A DNA stretch of 64,000 nt, taken from the IMG/VR virus record IMGVR_UViG_3300020438_003204, positions 3,759 to 67,758 of that record. One strand, 5' to 3'. Made by a program: the position numbers and the translations under genes. Below, piece after piece: positions 28,586 to 39,083 of the stretch. The stretch is from a virus. Under the pieces are notes generated by a model. It worked only from the letters and a program-made list of their open reading frames with translations, had not been told where the DNA came from and did no database searches. How positions within the stretch are numbered: position 1 is the first letter of the stretch; each line of letters opens with the position of its first letter.

Positions 28586-29859
28586 ACCAACACCTTTGCG
28601 GCAATATTAGGAAATGTACTAATCCAGTTTGTATTTCTATTGCGGTCCATAGTATCGTTAAATTCTCTAAATCTACTCAGTAACTTTTGTCTCTTTTTTT
28701 CTTCCATTGCATCAGATTCTAATAATTTAATTGCTTGCTGTACTCCATGATTCCAATATAAGTTTAAGTTATCGTAATGAGGATCATAATTTTTAAGTCT
28801 ATCAGCGGCTTCTTGTCTTACTTGTTTATCTACTATACGAATATCTAAGTACGGGGGATTATCTAAGACTATGGGAGACCATATATAAAGTAAGTTTTGC
28901 TCTTTGTGATTATTTTTAAACTGTACAACCCAATCTAAAATTTGTGGAATATCATCATAATTATAATTTTGTAATACAGTATAATGTTTTATTTTCCATG
29001 TATGGGGAAGTTTATACCACAGTTTGTTTATGTTCTTTTCTACATGATCCCATTTAGTTGGGAATCTAATATATTCGTTTCTATCATACACACTGTCTAT
29101 ACTGATCTGCACTTCTCCGTTTTTAAACTGAGTAAGTGTATTGTAAAAATCTTCGTTCCAATGTGTTAAGTTTGTTGTTAGTGCAACATAACATTCATCA
29201 TTGCCACTGCGGAGTATTATATTCATTATTTCTATATTGCGCCGTATAAGTGTTGGCTCGCCTCCAGTCAAATAAAGTCTTTTAAGTGTTGGAGCAAGTT
29301 TTTGTATTGTATTGTCAAAGTCTTTACTTTGCCACCAATTCATGTTACTAGCACTTGCCATGTTAATTTCTTTTGTCCATTCGTCACGAATCCAACCAGG
29401 CAAACTATGATCTGTATCTAATATTTTCATACGCTCATCATGTATTCTATCACTGCTTAGACTCCAACAGCTATTACATCTTAAATTGCAAAAATTACCC
29501 AATCTCAGTTCTAAACTGTTTGGCAATGGAGGTCTACTGTGCATACTACTATCACGCCTTAGTCCGATATCGTTGTATTCAGTAAAAGCACTTTGTCTAC
29601 TGCTTTGTATTCCTAAATCTTCTAAACGCCAACATACATCACACGCTTTAGGCTTTTCACCTTTTAGTAATTGTGATCTTATATCTACCATATAATCACT
29701 ATACCAAATCTCTTCTATACTGTTAGTGCCAAAATTAAATTCGCTACCGTCGGTATTTTTTGCATGTATGTTTTCTGTAATGCTACAACACAACTTCACA
29801 CTGCCTTCAGTATTGCTGTTTAAATTTACAAAAGGATGTAAGCAAAAAGTTTTACTCAT
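28582..29859 (-). CDS. Radical SAM protein with N-terminal twitch domain
   Basis: FCLHPF..KLCC..CDVCW, CNLRCNSC, LTGGEP. Confidence 0.9.
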   Translation of the reverse strand: MSKTFCLHPFVNLNSNTEGSVKLCCSITENIHAKNTDGSEFNFGTNSIEEIWYSDYMVDIRSQLLKGEKPKACDVCWRLEDLGIQSSRQSAFTEYNDIGLRRDSSMHSRPPLPNSLELRLGNFCNLRCNSCWSLSSDRIHDERMKILDTDHSLPGWIRDEWTKEINMASASNMNWWQSKDFDNTIQKLAPTLKRLYLTGGEPTLIRRNIEIMNIILRSGNDECYVALTTNLTHWNEDFYNTLTQFKNGEVQISIDSVYDRNEYIRFPTKWDHVEKNINKLWYKLPHTWKIKHYTVLQNYNYDDIPQILDWVVQFKNNHKEQNLLYIWSPIVLDNPPYLDIRIVDKQVRQEAADRLKNYDPHYDNLNLYWNHGVQQAIKLLESDAMEEKKRQKLLSRFREFNDTMDRNRNTNWISTFPNIAAKVLV

Positions 29860-31115
29860 GCTAGTGCCTCTGCTAATTCAGGTATTGCTACACGCCAATC
29901 TTCATGTCTAATAGGATCCCATTCTTCAAGCTGGTGAATAGTTTTTTCTAATAAGTCACTGCGATCTTCGCTGTGTAAAAAATTAAGCATACCTTCTGCA
30001 CTGCGAACAAAGTTTTGTCCTGAATCATATTGAGGATGATTTTGAACCCAATGAATATGCTGTTCCCATTTAGCTGTAATTTTATCTTTGAATGTCTTAG
30101 GCAATACTTGCATACAAAAGTAATCAGGATCTAGTAAGTTGTTGATACGCATTTGTCCTACTTTAAGTAATCCTTTGTTTACCCAATCTTCGTGAAAGTC
30201 TGGTAAATGATATACGTTCATACAACTTACTGTTGGTGTAATATCAAAATTAATGTTAGGAGTTTGTTCCATCATTAGTTGTCTATTAGCAACTATGTCA
30301 CTCCATACTGTGCCTTTTCTAATATATTCAGCACGACTTCCCATACCATCTAAACTTGCTGTACATTCTACACTTTTAAATTTTTTCCATAAGTCTAATA
30401 CATTTTGTCTTTTGTAAGTAAGCTGACTAAAGTTGGTTGTATACAAAACATTTACTTCATGAGCTCTGTTAGTCTCAATCCAATAGTTCATAATTTTCCA
30501 ATGCATATCAGTTACAAGCGGCTCACCGCCTGCCCAGTAAACTTCCTCAACAGTATCCAAGTAGGGCCAAAGTTCTTCTTCAAAGCCTTTTTTGTTTTTA
30601 AGTTGTATAAATTTTTGAGGTGCAATATCGTTAGGTACCTCACCAAACTTTTTCATAAAGTCGTCATACCATTGTGTACTAAATGTAGGACTGCAACTTC
30701 TACAACTCATATTACATAAATTACTAAATCTAAAATCCATGTATGTGAAGTTTACATTATTGTGCGTTCCGTCTTGTTGTGTTTCAAGAGTTTTGCTATA
30801 GTGCTTTTCACCAAACTTTTTGTTCATATTAATGCGTAGTGTATGTGCATCGCCGTCAGCTTCTAATCTATAACACCTTGTACAAGTAGGGTGTGGTTTG
30901 TCTGCTAGCATATTAAGTCTAAGTTTTTTAGCAACATCACTGTTCCATAATTCTTTAAGTGTACTTTGATTTGTATTTCCGTAATCTCCTTTAGCAGGAT
31001 CTGCCAAACAACAAGGAAATGCACGACCATTGGGCCATACATGCATATGAATCCACGGAGCCATACAAAAGAATTTGCTCTCAGTTAGATTATACTTTTT
31101 GTCGTTCATTACCAT
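29856..31115 (-). CDS. Radical SAM protein with N-terminal twitch domain
   Basis: FCMAPW..FPCC..CTRCY, CNMSCRSC, WAGGEP. The start may be 31109. Confidence 0.9.
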   Translation of the reverse strand: MVMNDKKYNLTESKFFCMAPWIHMHVWPNGRAFPCCLADPAKGDYGNTNQSTLKELWNSDVAKKLRLNMLADKPHPTCTRCYRLEADGDAHTLRINMNKKFGEKHYSKTLETQQDGTHNNVNFTYMDFRFSNLCNMSCRSCSPTFSTQWYDDFMKKFGEVPNDIAPQKFIQLKNKKGFEEELWPYLDTVEEVYWAGGEPLVTDMHWKIMNYWIETNRAHEVNVLYTTNFSQLTYKRQNVLDLWKKFKSVECTASLDGMGSRAEYIRKGTVWSDIVANRQLMMEQTPNINFDITPTVSCMNVYHLPDFHEDWVNKGLLKVGQMRINNLLDPDYFCMQVLPKTFKDKITAKWEQHIHWVQNHPQYDSGQNFVRSAEGMLNFLHSEDRSDLLEKTIHQLEEWDPIRHEDWRVAIPELAEALA

Positions 31116-32395
31116 CCTCTGTTAACCACTTTCTCATAGTGATCACCGTACTCTTTAAGTTTTTCCAACTCAGTATAGACTTCATAGCAATCGTTGTTAC
31201 GGATTTTATCCATCCAACGTTGTTCATCATGAAACCTGTCTATAAGTTGAGAATTATCTTCACTCCATAGATATTTAAGCAATCCGTCAATCATACTTTG
31301 TACTATTGAAGGATCATACTTCCAATCTGGGTGTGCTATATGAAATGCACGTTCAATATATTCTTGATGTTCAATCCAACGCTTCTCAATACGTTTTTTC
31401 AATTCTTGTGGCATAACAGTCATACTTAAATATTCAGGATGTGTAAGTAATGTGAGGTTGAACTCTATAGGATCTACTAGACCTTCTTCTATCCATTCTT
31501 TGTGAAAATCGGGCCAATGTAGTGCATTAAAGATGCTAATAGTACTGCTTAAAAAGAATCTTGTATTAGGACTTTCTCTAATCATCTCTTTGCGATTTTT
31601 TACAATATCAGTCCATATTGTATCTTTACGCAAATATTCTGCACGTTGCCAATTATCATCTAAACTAGCACCCACATGTACATTACTGAACTTATTCCAG
31701 TAATCAAATATATAACGTTTACCTAATCTAGTTTGTGTAAAATTGGTTGTATAACTTATTTTTAAATCAGTATTGCCTGACTCAATCCATGTGTCTAACA
31801 TCTCATAATGCTCTTTGGTCATCAGAGGTTCGCCACCTGCAAAATAAGCATGTTTGACTTCACCTATTAAAGGGAGTGCTTGTTTCCAAAAACTCTTGGG
31901 TAATTGTAGTAGTGCAGGTCCATCATACTCGTGTCTTTTGATACTGTCTTGATACCAACTACTGCTAAATTTTACACTACAACTCAAACATCTTAGATTA
32001 CAAAGATTATTAAATCTAACATCCCAATAGTATATTTTTGGATCGTCGTGACTTCCATCTGCACTAGTAGCTTCTGTCCTGTGAAAGTAATCTGCAAAGT
32101 TTTGGTTTAGTTCTCGTCTTAGTGTGTATTGATTACCTGCTTGTTCTTGTTGTATGCAACGTTCACAAGTTTGACTTGGCTTGTCAGCAAGCATATTAAC
32201 ACGCAACTCTTTCATTAGACTGCTATTCCACAAATCAGATATACTATTGTCTCTGATATTTCCTAACTTTCCACTGAAAGGTTTATCTTCATCTGGCAAT
32301 ACAACACAACAAGGAAACGCTTCCCCACTGGGCCAAAGATGCATTGTTATCCAAGGTGCCATACAAAAGTTTTTACTATGTAACAGCTTAGACAT
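31109..32395 (-). CDS. Radical SAM protein with N-terminal twitch domain
   Basis: FCMAPW..FPCC..CERC, CNLRCLSC, FAGGEP. Closely similar to its neighbour 29856..31115. Confidence 0.9.
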   Translation of the reverse strand: MSKLLHSKNFCMAPWITMHLWPSGEAFPCCVVLPDEDKPFSGKLGNIRDNSISDLWNSSLMKELRVNMLADKPSQTCERCIQQEQAGNQYTLRRELNQNFADYFHRTEATSADGSHDDPKIYYWDVRFNNLCNLRCLSCSVKFSSSWYQDSIKRHEYDGPALLQLPKSFWKQALPLIGEVKHAYFAGGEPLMTKEHYEMLDTWIESGNTDLKISYTTNFTQTRLGKRYIFDYWNKFSNVHVGASLDDNWQRAEYLRKDTIWTDIVKNRKEMIRESPNTRFFLSSTISIFNALHWPDFHKEWIEEGLVDPIEFNLTLLTHPEYLSMTVMPQELKKRIEKRWIEHQEYIERAFHIAHPDWKYDPSIVQSMIDGLLKYLWSEDNSQLIDRFHDEQRWMDKIRNNDCYEVYTELEKLKEYGDHYEKVVNRGW

Positions 32396-34070
32396 AGCCT
32401 ATCTGATCCTTAAGTTCATCTTTGTCATAAATTTTTGTAGGTAAGTTTCTAATACGCCGCCAATTTAAAATACTTTTTGCTAGCTTTGGGTGTTGCCAAA
32501 CAAAATCATCGTCCCAATGAAACTCTACAGCGGTTCCATCTATAGTATCTTTCATTAGGTATTGCTTACATTCATTATTATATTCAATGTTTTTAATATC
32601 TTCTAATGTAGCACACAAGTCGTAATACTGGCTCATTTCAGGGAACACTTGTTTAAAGTTAGTACCTCTTCTTTTATCTGTTGCTTTGATAAACAGTATA
32701 AAATTTCTTCTAGCATCATCAATTTGTCTACACTGTAGATATTGATTCTCATCAGTTTGTCTTACTTTTCCTCTTTGTTCTACAATACTGTGCCAATAGC
32801 TAATTACCCTATCCCACATTTTAACTTCTTCTTTACTAAAGTAATTACTCCAAACTGTATCATGGTGATGTTTTGTATATTTGTCTTGATTATTTGCCCA
32901 ACTCCATTCTGCAAAATATTCAGTAATATACTCAAAATAACTTTCGTAATCATCTGGTAACCCTATCAATGAAAACTGATTTGGTTCTGTACAGTGTGGA
33001 ATATCAAATGTAATCTTAGGACAATATGCTCTGTTGTGTAACTTACCTCTCCAGTATCTTATTTTTTCTAAGAACTTGACGTAGCTTGTAACACTTAGTA
33101 TATTGAATGTATTCATTATCTTAACACCACTAAAAATATGCTCGTCGTGATGTTCTAATCCTCTCATTACACTTTCTAAATTTGTTTCAAATAAATCCAA
33201 GTCTAATCCATTCCTAGCATATGCGGCTTGATCGCCCCAACTTTCAACACTTGTGAATACTGCAAACTTTTTTATTTTTTTCTCTTTGAGTAACTTATCA
33301 ACTTTTTGTATTAACCTATGTACAAGTTTGTTTTTAACATTTAGGTTAGTATTGAGTTGAAAAATCATATCTTTACAATCGTCCGATTGTTCTAACATGT
33401 CTAGCCATTTCCATACGTTTTGCTGTAGTAATGGTTCACCACCAGTTACCCTAATTACTTTGAGATCTTTTCTTAAACTGGGCCACCATTCCCAAAATGC
33501 ATCTACATAAGGATTGCTTGTTTCTTCGTAAATTTCTTGTTCTACCACTTGTAAGTGTTCTGCATTTTCCAGTGGTCCTTTTAGTTGCATCTCTTTCATC
33601 CAAGCACTGCTAGCCTTAGGATGACAGTATGCACACCGCATGTTGCACTCATTGCCAAAACTTATTTCTAAGTATGTAGGATTGTAATCATGTTTCCAAC
33701 CATTTTCTAATATAATTTTGTGTGCTTCGGGTGTTAGCAGTGTTTCGTTTTTACTTTTTATAATCCTATCACTTATGTGTTCTTCGCCCATTGCTTCAAC
33801 ACGCCAACAGTAGTTACATTCGCTAGGTCTATTACCTTTAAGCATTTGTTCTCTTCTGTCTTTTTTAAACTGTGTATTGTGTAATGCACTCGGATTCTTT
33901 TTAATTTCCGCTAATGGAATTTTATGAGGTAACGGATGATAACAACTGTGTGTTTCACCTGTTTGTAAATATATTGTACTACTTAAAAACTTTGCTGTAC
34001 ACATGGTATCACAGCCGTACACTTTTTTCATTACGTCACGTTCAGTATAGTAATCAATATTTTTAAACAT
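32388..34070 (-). CDS. Radical SAM protein with variant N-terminal twitch domain
   Basis: MCTAKF..G.THSCYHP..CNYCW, CNMRCAYC, VTGGEP. Confidence 0.9.
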   Translation of the reverse strand: MFKNIDYYTERDVMKKVYGCDTMCTAKFLSSTIYLQTGETHSCYHPLPHKIPLAEIKKNPSALHNTQFKKDRREQMLKGNRPSECNYCWRVEAMGEEHISDRIIKSKNETLLTPEAHKIILENGWKHDYNPTYLEISFGNECNMRCAYCHPKASSAWMKEMQLKGPLENAEHLQVVEQEIYEETSNPYVDAFWEWWPSLRKDLKVIRVTGGEPLLQQNVWKWLDMLEQSDDCKDMIFQLNTNLNVKNKLVHRLIQKVDKLLKEKKIKKFAVFTSVESWGDQAAYARNGLDLDLFETNLESVMRGLEHHDEHIFSGVKIMNTFNILSVTSYVKFLEKIRYWRGKLHNRAYCPKITFDIPHCTEPNQFSLIGLPDDYESYFEYITEYFAEWSWANNQDKYTKHHHDTVWSNYFSKEEVKMWDRVISYWHSIVEQRGKVRQTDENQYLQCRQIDDARRNFILFIKATDKRRGTNFKQVFPEMSQYYDLCATLEDIKNIEYNNECKQYLMKDTIDGTAVEFHWDDDFVWQHPKLAKSILNWRRIRNLPTKIYDKDELKDQIGYV

Positions 34071-35523
34071 TATGCTTTTCTTTCCAATCTAAGAACAACT
34101 GTGCAAACTCCGGAAATGTATGACTAAAATCTGTTTTACGTCTATAGTCATGTGCTCCAAAGAATCTAACAAAATTTTCTTCCGCATCTTGTTTCTGCTG
34201 GTCGTTATCAAATCCTTGCTTCATAAATTCAATACTACGATCAAATCTTTCAATTTGATGTGGTTTGAATCCTATCCATCTACTAGCTCTGTGCCTGTCT
34301 TGATTCTCTTTCATAAATGCTAAACACTCGTCAGCAAGATACCAATGACTCTTAGGCGTAAGCTGTAAACTTTGCCACTCCGGATGTCTTAACATAGGTG
34401 TATCCAAAAATACTTTACTGTGACCATATACTACAATTTTACCACTATCATCTCTTCTACTTTTTGTTACATTGTGAATACGCTGTAATTCTAATATACC
34501 TTCCATTAAACGTTGTATGCTAGGTAAACTAAGCATGTTGAACGTTACAATAAACGTTACCAATCCTTCGTCCACTCTAGTTAGATAATTATTTACATTG
34601 TTCCACATGCGATCAAAGTCTAATCCATGACGCATATATTCAGCTTGTCTACCCCATCCATCTACACTAACAAACATACGAAAACGTTTTAGTTTTTTAT
34701 ACTCACTTATGAAACTTACTTTATCAACAAAGTTATTCCACAATTTATCAGGTACACTACAATTTGTAGTTACAGCCATTTCTAAATCGTCTCTGCCATT
34801 GTCAATAACATGATCTAAAACTTTGAATGTATTTTTATCCATGAGCGGTTCTCCGCCTGTCATTCTAAAGTTTTTTAGTTTTGGATAAAGTTCCGGCCAC
34901 CATTCCCAAAATGCATCTACATAAGGATTGTGATCTCTATTTTTAATAGGATATTGTCCTATTTGTTTAAAGTAGTCAATGCTATTGTGAGGTACTTTGG
35001 TTGGATAAGGTCCATTTTGTTCAATATCTTCTGCCCACTTACTGCTTAGATGCGGACTACAATAACTACATGCTAAGTTGCAAGCATGATTAAAATTGAT
35101 CTCCATGCTTGTAGGTTCTATATCGCCATCTGCACCTTTTTCTAATACATCTTTCCAACCAGCTTGTGCCCAAGGTTCGCTACTTCGATAGTGTCTATCA
35201 CTATTAAAATTACGATCCATCTTTTCAATATTCCAACAGTAGTCACACCCGCTAGGTTGTTCTCCTTTGAGCATCATAGCTCGTTGTTCTTTTTTCTCTG
35301 GTGTATTGTGTAATGCTTTTGGATTATTTTTTAGATCTTCTGCATTAATTTTATGTATAGGAGGTAGGTAGCAACTATTAGTTGTTCCATTGGTTAAATG
35401 AATACTGGTCCACAACCATTTAGCCATACACATACTATCACTTATTTCAGCAAGTTTTGGCTTTACTAGTTGTGCGGCTGTTTCCGGATCTGGATCAAGT
35501 TCGTAATTGTTTGTGTTTGTCAT
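34063..35523 (-). CDS. Radical SAM protein with variant N-terminal twitch domain
   Basis: MCMAKW..G.TNSCYLP..CDYCW, CNLACSYC, MTGGEP. Shares NPYVDAFWEWWP with 32388..34070. Confidence 0.9.
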   Translation of the reverse strand: MTNTNNYELDPDPETAAQLVKPKLAEISDSMCMAKWLWTSIHLTNGTTNSCYLPPIHKINAEDLKNNPKALHNTPEKKEQRAMMLKGEQPSGCDYCWNIEKMDRNFNSDRHYRSSEPWAQAGWKDVLEKGADGDIEPTSMEINFNHACNLACSYCSPHLSSKWAEDIEQNGPYPTKVPHNSIDYFKQIGQYPIKNRDHNPYVDAFWEWWPELYPKLKNFRMTGGEPLMDKNTFKVLDHVIDNGRDDLEMAVTTNCSVPDKLWNNFVDKVSFISEYKKLKRFRMFVSVDGWGRQAEYMRHGLDFDRMWNNVNNYLTRVDEGLVTFIVTFNMLSLPSIQRLMEGILELQRIHNVTKSRRDDSGKIVVYGHSKVFLDTPMLRHPEWQSLQLTPKSHWYLADECLAFMKENQDRHRASRWIGFKPHQIERFDRSIEFMKQGFDNDQQKQDAEENFVRFFGAHDYRRKTDFSHTFPEFAQLFLDWKEKHNV

Positions 35524-36293
35524 CGTCTTATGATGTCCTCTTCAATACAATTTTCACCATATTGTACTTCTAATATATGTGCAGGTTTATCACCTTCGTT
35601 GGTTACTTTATGCCACCAATTATTCTGTATCACAAAGTTTGTGTGTTCAGTTAGCATTTGTATTTGCCAGTCTCCATTGGGAAATTCTAAGTTAATTGTA
35701 ACATCACCTTTTAACACATACCAATGTTCACTTCTCATTTTATGTTTCTGGTCGCTTAAACTAGCTCCTGGGTTAATAACTAATTCTTTTACTTTTATAG
35801 TTTTCTTATCATCTAATACACGCCAGTAACCCCATTCACGTTCAGTCTTTTGTGTCCGCCATTCATCTAATATCCAACTGCTTGAATTCTTTTTATCATT
35901 GCCGCCAACTCCAAATGCAAATTCTACATCTGGATGATTACCGTACTCTTCGTATTCTGGAGTTGTAGTATTGCTTCTATCTCCACCATTTGCAAATATT
36001 AATTTACCAGCGTTGGTACATAGTGCTAAAAATATTCCTTGATTCGCTGTATCATCACTATCATCAAATCCAATTATTTTATCTACTACTTCTAATTCTC
36101 TGATAATTGACGCACGTTCTGCAAAAGGCATGAACGCTTTTCCTTTTTTACGCATTAGCCATTCGTCACTGTTTACACCAACGACTAGCTTGTCGCCTAA
36201 TGCTCTAGCGGCTTTGAAATATGCTATATGTCCACTGTGTAGAGGATCAAATCCGCCAGTAACCAGTACTGTAGATTTATTCGATACTGTCAT
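35520..36293 (-). CDS. Cytidylyl/adenylyltransferase (RfaE/TagD-like) fused to a mannose-6-phosphate-isomerase-type cupin
   Basis: TGGFDPLHSGH, GVNSD.WL.RKKG, FANGGDR; C-terminal R.WG, LS.Q.H..RSEHW, WH, EVQ.G....E.DI.R. Start at MTVSNK (36293). Confidence 0.85.
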   Translation of the reverse strand: MTVSNKSTVLVTGGFDPLHSGHIAYFKAARALGDKLVVGVNSDEWLMRKKGKAFMPFAERASIIRELEVVDKIIGFDDSDDTANQGIFLALCTNAGKLIFANGGDRSNTTTPEYEEYGNHPDVEFAFGVGGNDKKNSSSWILDEWRTQKTEREWGYWRVLDDKKTIKVKELVINPGASLSDQKHKMRSEHWYVLKGDVTINLEFPNGDWQIQMLTEHTNFVIQNNWWHKVTNEGDKPAHILEVQYGENCIEEDIIRR

Positions 36294-37254
36294 CAACTTG
36301 GTTTTCTCTAACCATTGCACCAAGTCTGTGTGGATTTTTATAAACCTTCTTAAAGAATCTACTAGCAACTTTGTCCATATCTGAAATTTCTAAATCTAGC
36401 TCACCGCGAAGATCTGCACCAAGTTCTACTGTTTTCTTTTTAAGTTTATCCCAATCCCATGTTACTCCAGTGTTCACACACATTTCAGTTCCGTCTTCAA
36501 ACTCAGGAAATAATTCTGTATTAAAAAAGTTAGTTAACCAATCAAAATCTCTCACATTACGCCAGTCCCACTTGCGTCTTTCAACATTGGTCATATGACA
36601 ACCTAGTCTTGCACCATAAATTGCCCATAAACCGTTTGTTGCATCTTCGCCTACACTCATCCATACTAATAGTCTTTTGTAATTTTCGTGAAATATTTTT
36701 TTGATATCTTTTGCTTCAACTACATCTCCACCTTCTAATCCCATCTTTACGCCTTCACGAAAACCTGCTCTCCATGCTTGTAGTGGACTAGCATTGTTAG
36801 CAACATCACAATAGATGTTATTCATTTGTACATACTGTATGTTCCAACAAAAATCAACCTGTGCGGCTTTATCACTTTCAGGAGCAGCTTCATGTGTACG
36901 CATCTTGTTTACTACGTCTACGGGCCAACATTTGATGCCGCCGTTGCCATATACCAATCCGTTTACTGCATTTTTTCCTGCCCAACTAATAACATCTGTA
37001 TCCTTAATTCTTTCCATGTCTAGTTCGACATTAAAGAAGTCATCTCTAACTACATTATCTGCATCAACTGTAACAAATCTATCTGTATCACTCATTGCCG
37101 CAGCCGCTTTGTGTGCGGCATCACTGCCCCATACTCCATGACTACGTTTTGCCCAAGGACATTTTTCTAATAGATGTGCATAATTTTGTTCAGCGTTTGG
37201 TTCGTCATAGCTGATGAAGACTATATCAAATTCTGTAATTGGTATTAGTGGCAT
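36277..37254 (-). CDS. GT-A fold (GT2-like) glycosyltransferase
   Basis: FISYDEPNA, VDADN, NGLVYGNGG.K, AWRAGFREGVK. Confidence 0.72.
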   Translation of the reverse strand: MPLIPITEFDIVFISYDEPNAEQNYAHLLEKCPWAKRSHGVWGSDAAHKAAAAMSDTDRFVTVDADNVVRDDFFNVELDMERIKDTDVISWAGKNAVNGLVYGNGGIKCWPVDVVNKMRTHEAAPESDKAAQVDFCWNIQYVQMNNIYCDVANNASPLQAWRAGFREGVKMGLEGGDVVEAKDIKKIFHENYKRLLVWMSVGEDATNGLWAIYGARLGCHMTNVERRKWDWRNVRDFDWLTNFFNTELFPEFEDGTEMCVNTGVTWDWDKLKKKTVELGADLRGELDLEISDMDKVASRFFKKVYKNPHRLGAMVRENQVDDSIE

Positions 37255-37258
37255 ATGG

Positions 37259-38257
37259 CTAGCTTTCTGTTATATCAAATGTTGTGTTTCTATTTTCTTC
37301 TCGCAATAGAAATGCACTATTTTTAAGGTCTAATTCGGACTCAATCTCTAATGTGACGTTATATCCGATATCTTTTTTAGGTAACATTAGTGTTCCTAGT
37401 AGTCTATTAGGGTCGTTTTTATCTGTAACATATAAACCCACATCATTATAAATTTTAACTGTTGACGGATCTTTAAAATTACTTCTCAAACTAAAAGAAT
37501 TATCTTTAGATATTATTGTAAAATCACACAGTACTTCGCTATTACTTATCTGTGGAATAATATGCCTTCTTCTAATACTTCTTCTACTTGTATAATCAGC
37601 ACCAACAAATGTTGCTTTCTTTGTAACACGATAGGTCTTAAAGATTTTCTTTGTTAGGATACTCATTTCTCCAAGTCCGCAAACATTTCTAAATGCACTC
37701 ATATCAAATAGCAAGTACCCTTGTTCAACGAGTTCACCCGGATCAATATCAATTTTTTTAATTAAGAAGTTAGGATCTTTGTCTTTAATAATGTATAATG
37801 TAATGTTGTCGTATTTTCCATCTTTCTCTGGATTAATTGTTGCTTGTTTAAAATATCGTTTACCAGTCATTTTATAAAGTGTATCTTGGTCGAAGTTTAC
37901 TTCCATCTTCCAACTGTTGATATACATAATAATGTTTACATCTGCTTTGGTTTTATCATTAACAGGAATCATACTAAGAGACTGTTCAGCTTCTTTGATA
38001 CGCAATACTGCTGACTTTTCTGCTAGTATAAAACTATCTTCTGTTTCAAGTATAGAGAATTTTTTAGGGTCTTGTATACCCATAAGAATTTTTCGTGCAT
38101 CATCATTTTCTGTAAAAAAATGAGGAGACTTAATTTCATCTAACACACGGTTAGTGACTGTTATAACTTCTCCAGAATCATCATCATAGTATACACACCA
38201 TTTTTTAGGTGCTTTTTCTTTTTTTAGATTCTGTAATAAACTTGGTTCTGTAGACAT
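37259..38257 (-). CDS. Hypothetical protein
   Basis: 332-aa ORF inside the GT cassette; internal repeat LY(I/V).DKxDPN.L; no recognised catalytic motif. Confidence 0.7.
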   Translation of the reverse strand: MSTEPSLLQNLKKEKAPKKWCVYYDDDSGEVITVTNRVLDEIKSPHFFTENDDARKILMGIQDPKKFSILETEDSFILAEKSAVLRIKEAEQSLSMIPVNDKTKADVNIIMYINSWKMEVNFDQDTLYKMTGKRYFKQATINPEKDGKYDNITLYIIKDKDPNFLIKKIDIDPGELVEQGYLLFDMSAFRNVCGLGEMSILTKKIFKTYRVTKKATFVGADYTSRRSIRRRHIIPQISNSEVLCDFTIISKDNSFSLRSNFKDPSTVKIYNDVGLYVTDKNDPNRLLGTLMLPKKDIGYNVTLEIESELDLKNSAFLLREENRNTTFDITES

Positions 38258-39083
38258 GCATCACTTCGTCGGTTAAAAATGTTTCGTCGCTATAGTGAAT
38301 AATTCCACTAGGTAGTATATGGTTTTCTATTTGTATCCTTTGGTGATTGGTAACCCAGGTATTCATAAACTCAGTCCATCTTTCTGGAACATCTTCGTCA
38401 AATATTCCATGTGAAAATTTATGTAGATCTATATGGTTGTTTACATAAATTCTTGAATCTATTTCTGCGTCTAAAAAATGTGTTACTAAGTTACACAGTA
38501 CATTTTTCTCAAAATCTTGAGGTTTTTTATCAGTAAACACTTTATTGTATACATCTCTCCAATACTGGAGAACTGGATCTGCCATCTTAAACCATTCAAT
38601 AGCCAATGGAGATTTTTGCTTCCAATATATCATATTATAATATAGTTTAGGAAGTTTATATTGTAGTTCGTATTGAAATCTTAGACCTTGTGCTGCAGAA
38701 TATCCTCTATAGTTATTAGCATTGCCAGGAAAACTAATGTCATTGGTTGACATTAGATCCCATAAAGTCTCTAAATCAGTATTAATCAGCAGTGTGTCGT
38801 AGTCTAAATATATGGTTTCGTCAAAAGGTGTACAATGATAAAGTTGCCATAAATTCATGCCATGGAAACCATCTTTGTAAGCACTGTTACCATAAGGTAA
38901 TTCAACAATGTAGTCAAATATATGTTCATAATATTGGCTTACCATATCTAAACGACCTTTGTCAACTACTAAACAAATTTCAGCAGTAGGATCGATTATT
39001 TTTAAACTACAAGCTAGTGTATAACAGTACTTGATTTTATCTTCGCCTGTGTCAATACCTAATGTAATAAATCCTCTACTCAT
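38205..39083 (-). CDS. GT8-like glycosyltransferase
   Basis: Y...LA.SLK, TPFDETIYLDYD (DxD), IHY near the C-terminus. Confidence 0.7.
   Translation of the reverse strand: MSRGFITLGIDTGEDKIKYCYTLACSLKIIDPTAEICLVVDKGRLDMVSQYYEHIFDYIVELPYGNSAYKDGFHGMNLWQLYHCTPFDETIYLDYDTLLINTDLETLWDLMSTNDISFPGNANNYRGYSAAQGLRFQYELQYKLPKLYYNMIYWKQKSPLAIEWFKMADPVLQYWRDVYNKVFTDKKPQDFEKNVLCNLVTHFLDAEIDSRIYVNNHIDLHKFSHGIFDEDVPERWTEFMNTWVTNHQRIQIENHILPSGIIHYSDETFLTDEVMHVYRTKFITESKKRKST

Noticed and set aside
1-35523. Assigning the rSAMs to MoaA, PqqE, NrdG, QueE or anSME
   Set aside because: Partner genes (moaC, pqqA-D, nrdD, queCD, sulfatase) are absent and the N-terminal Cys module does not match those enzymes.
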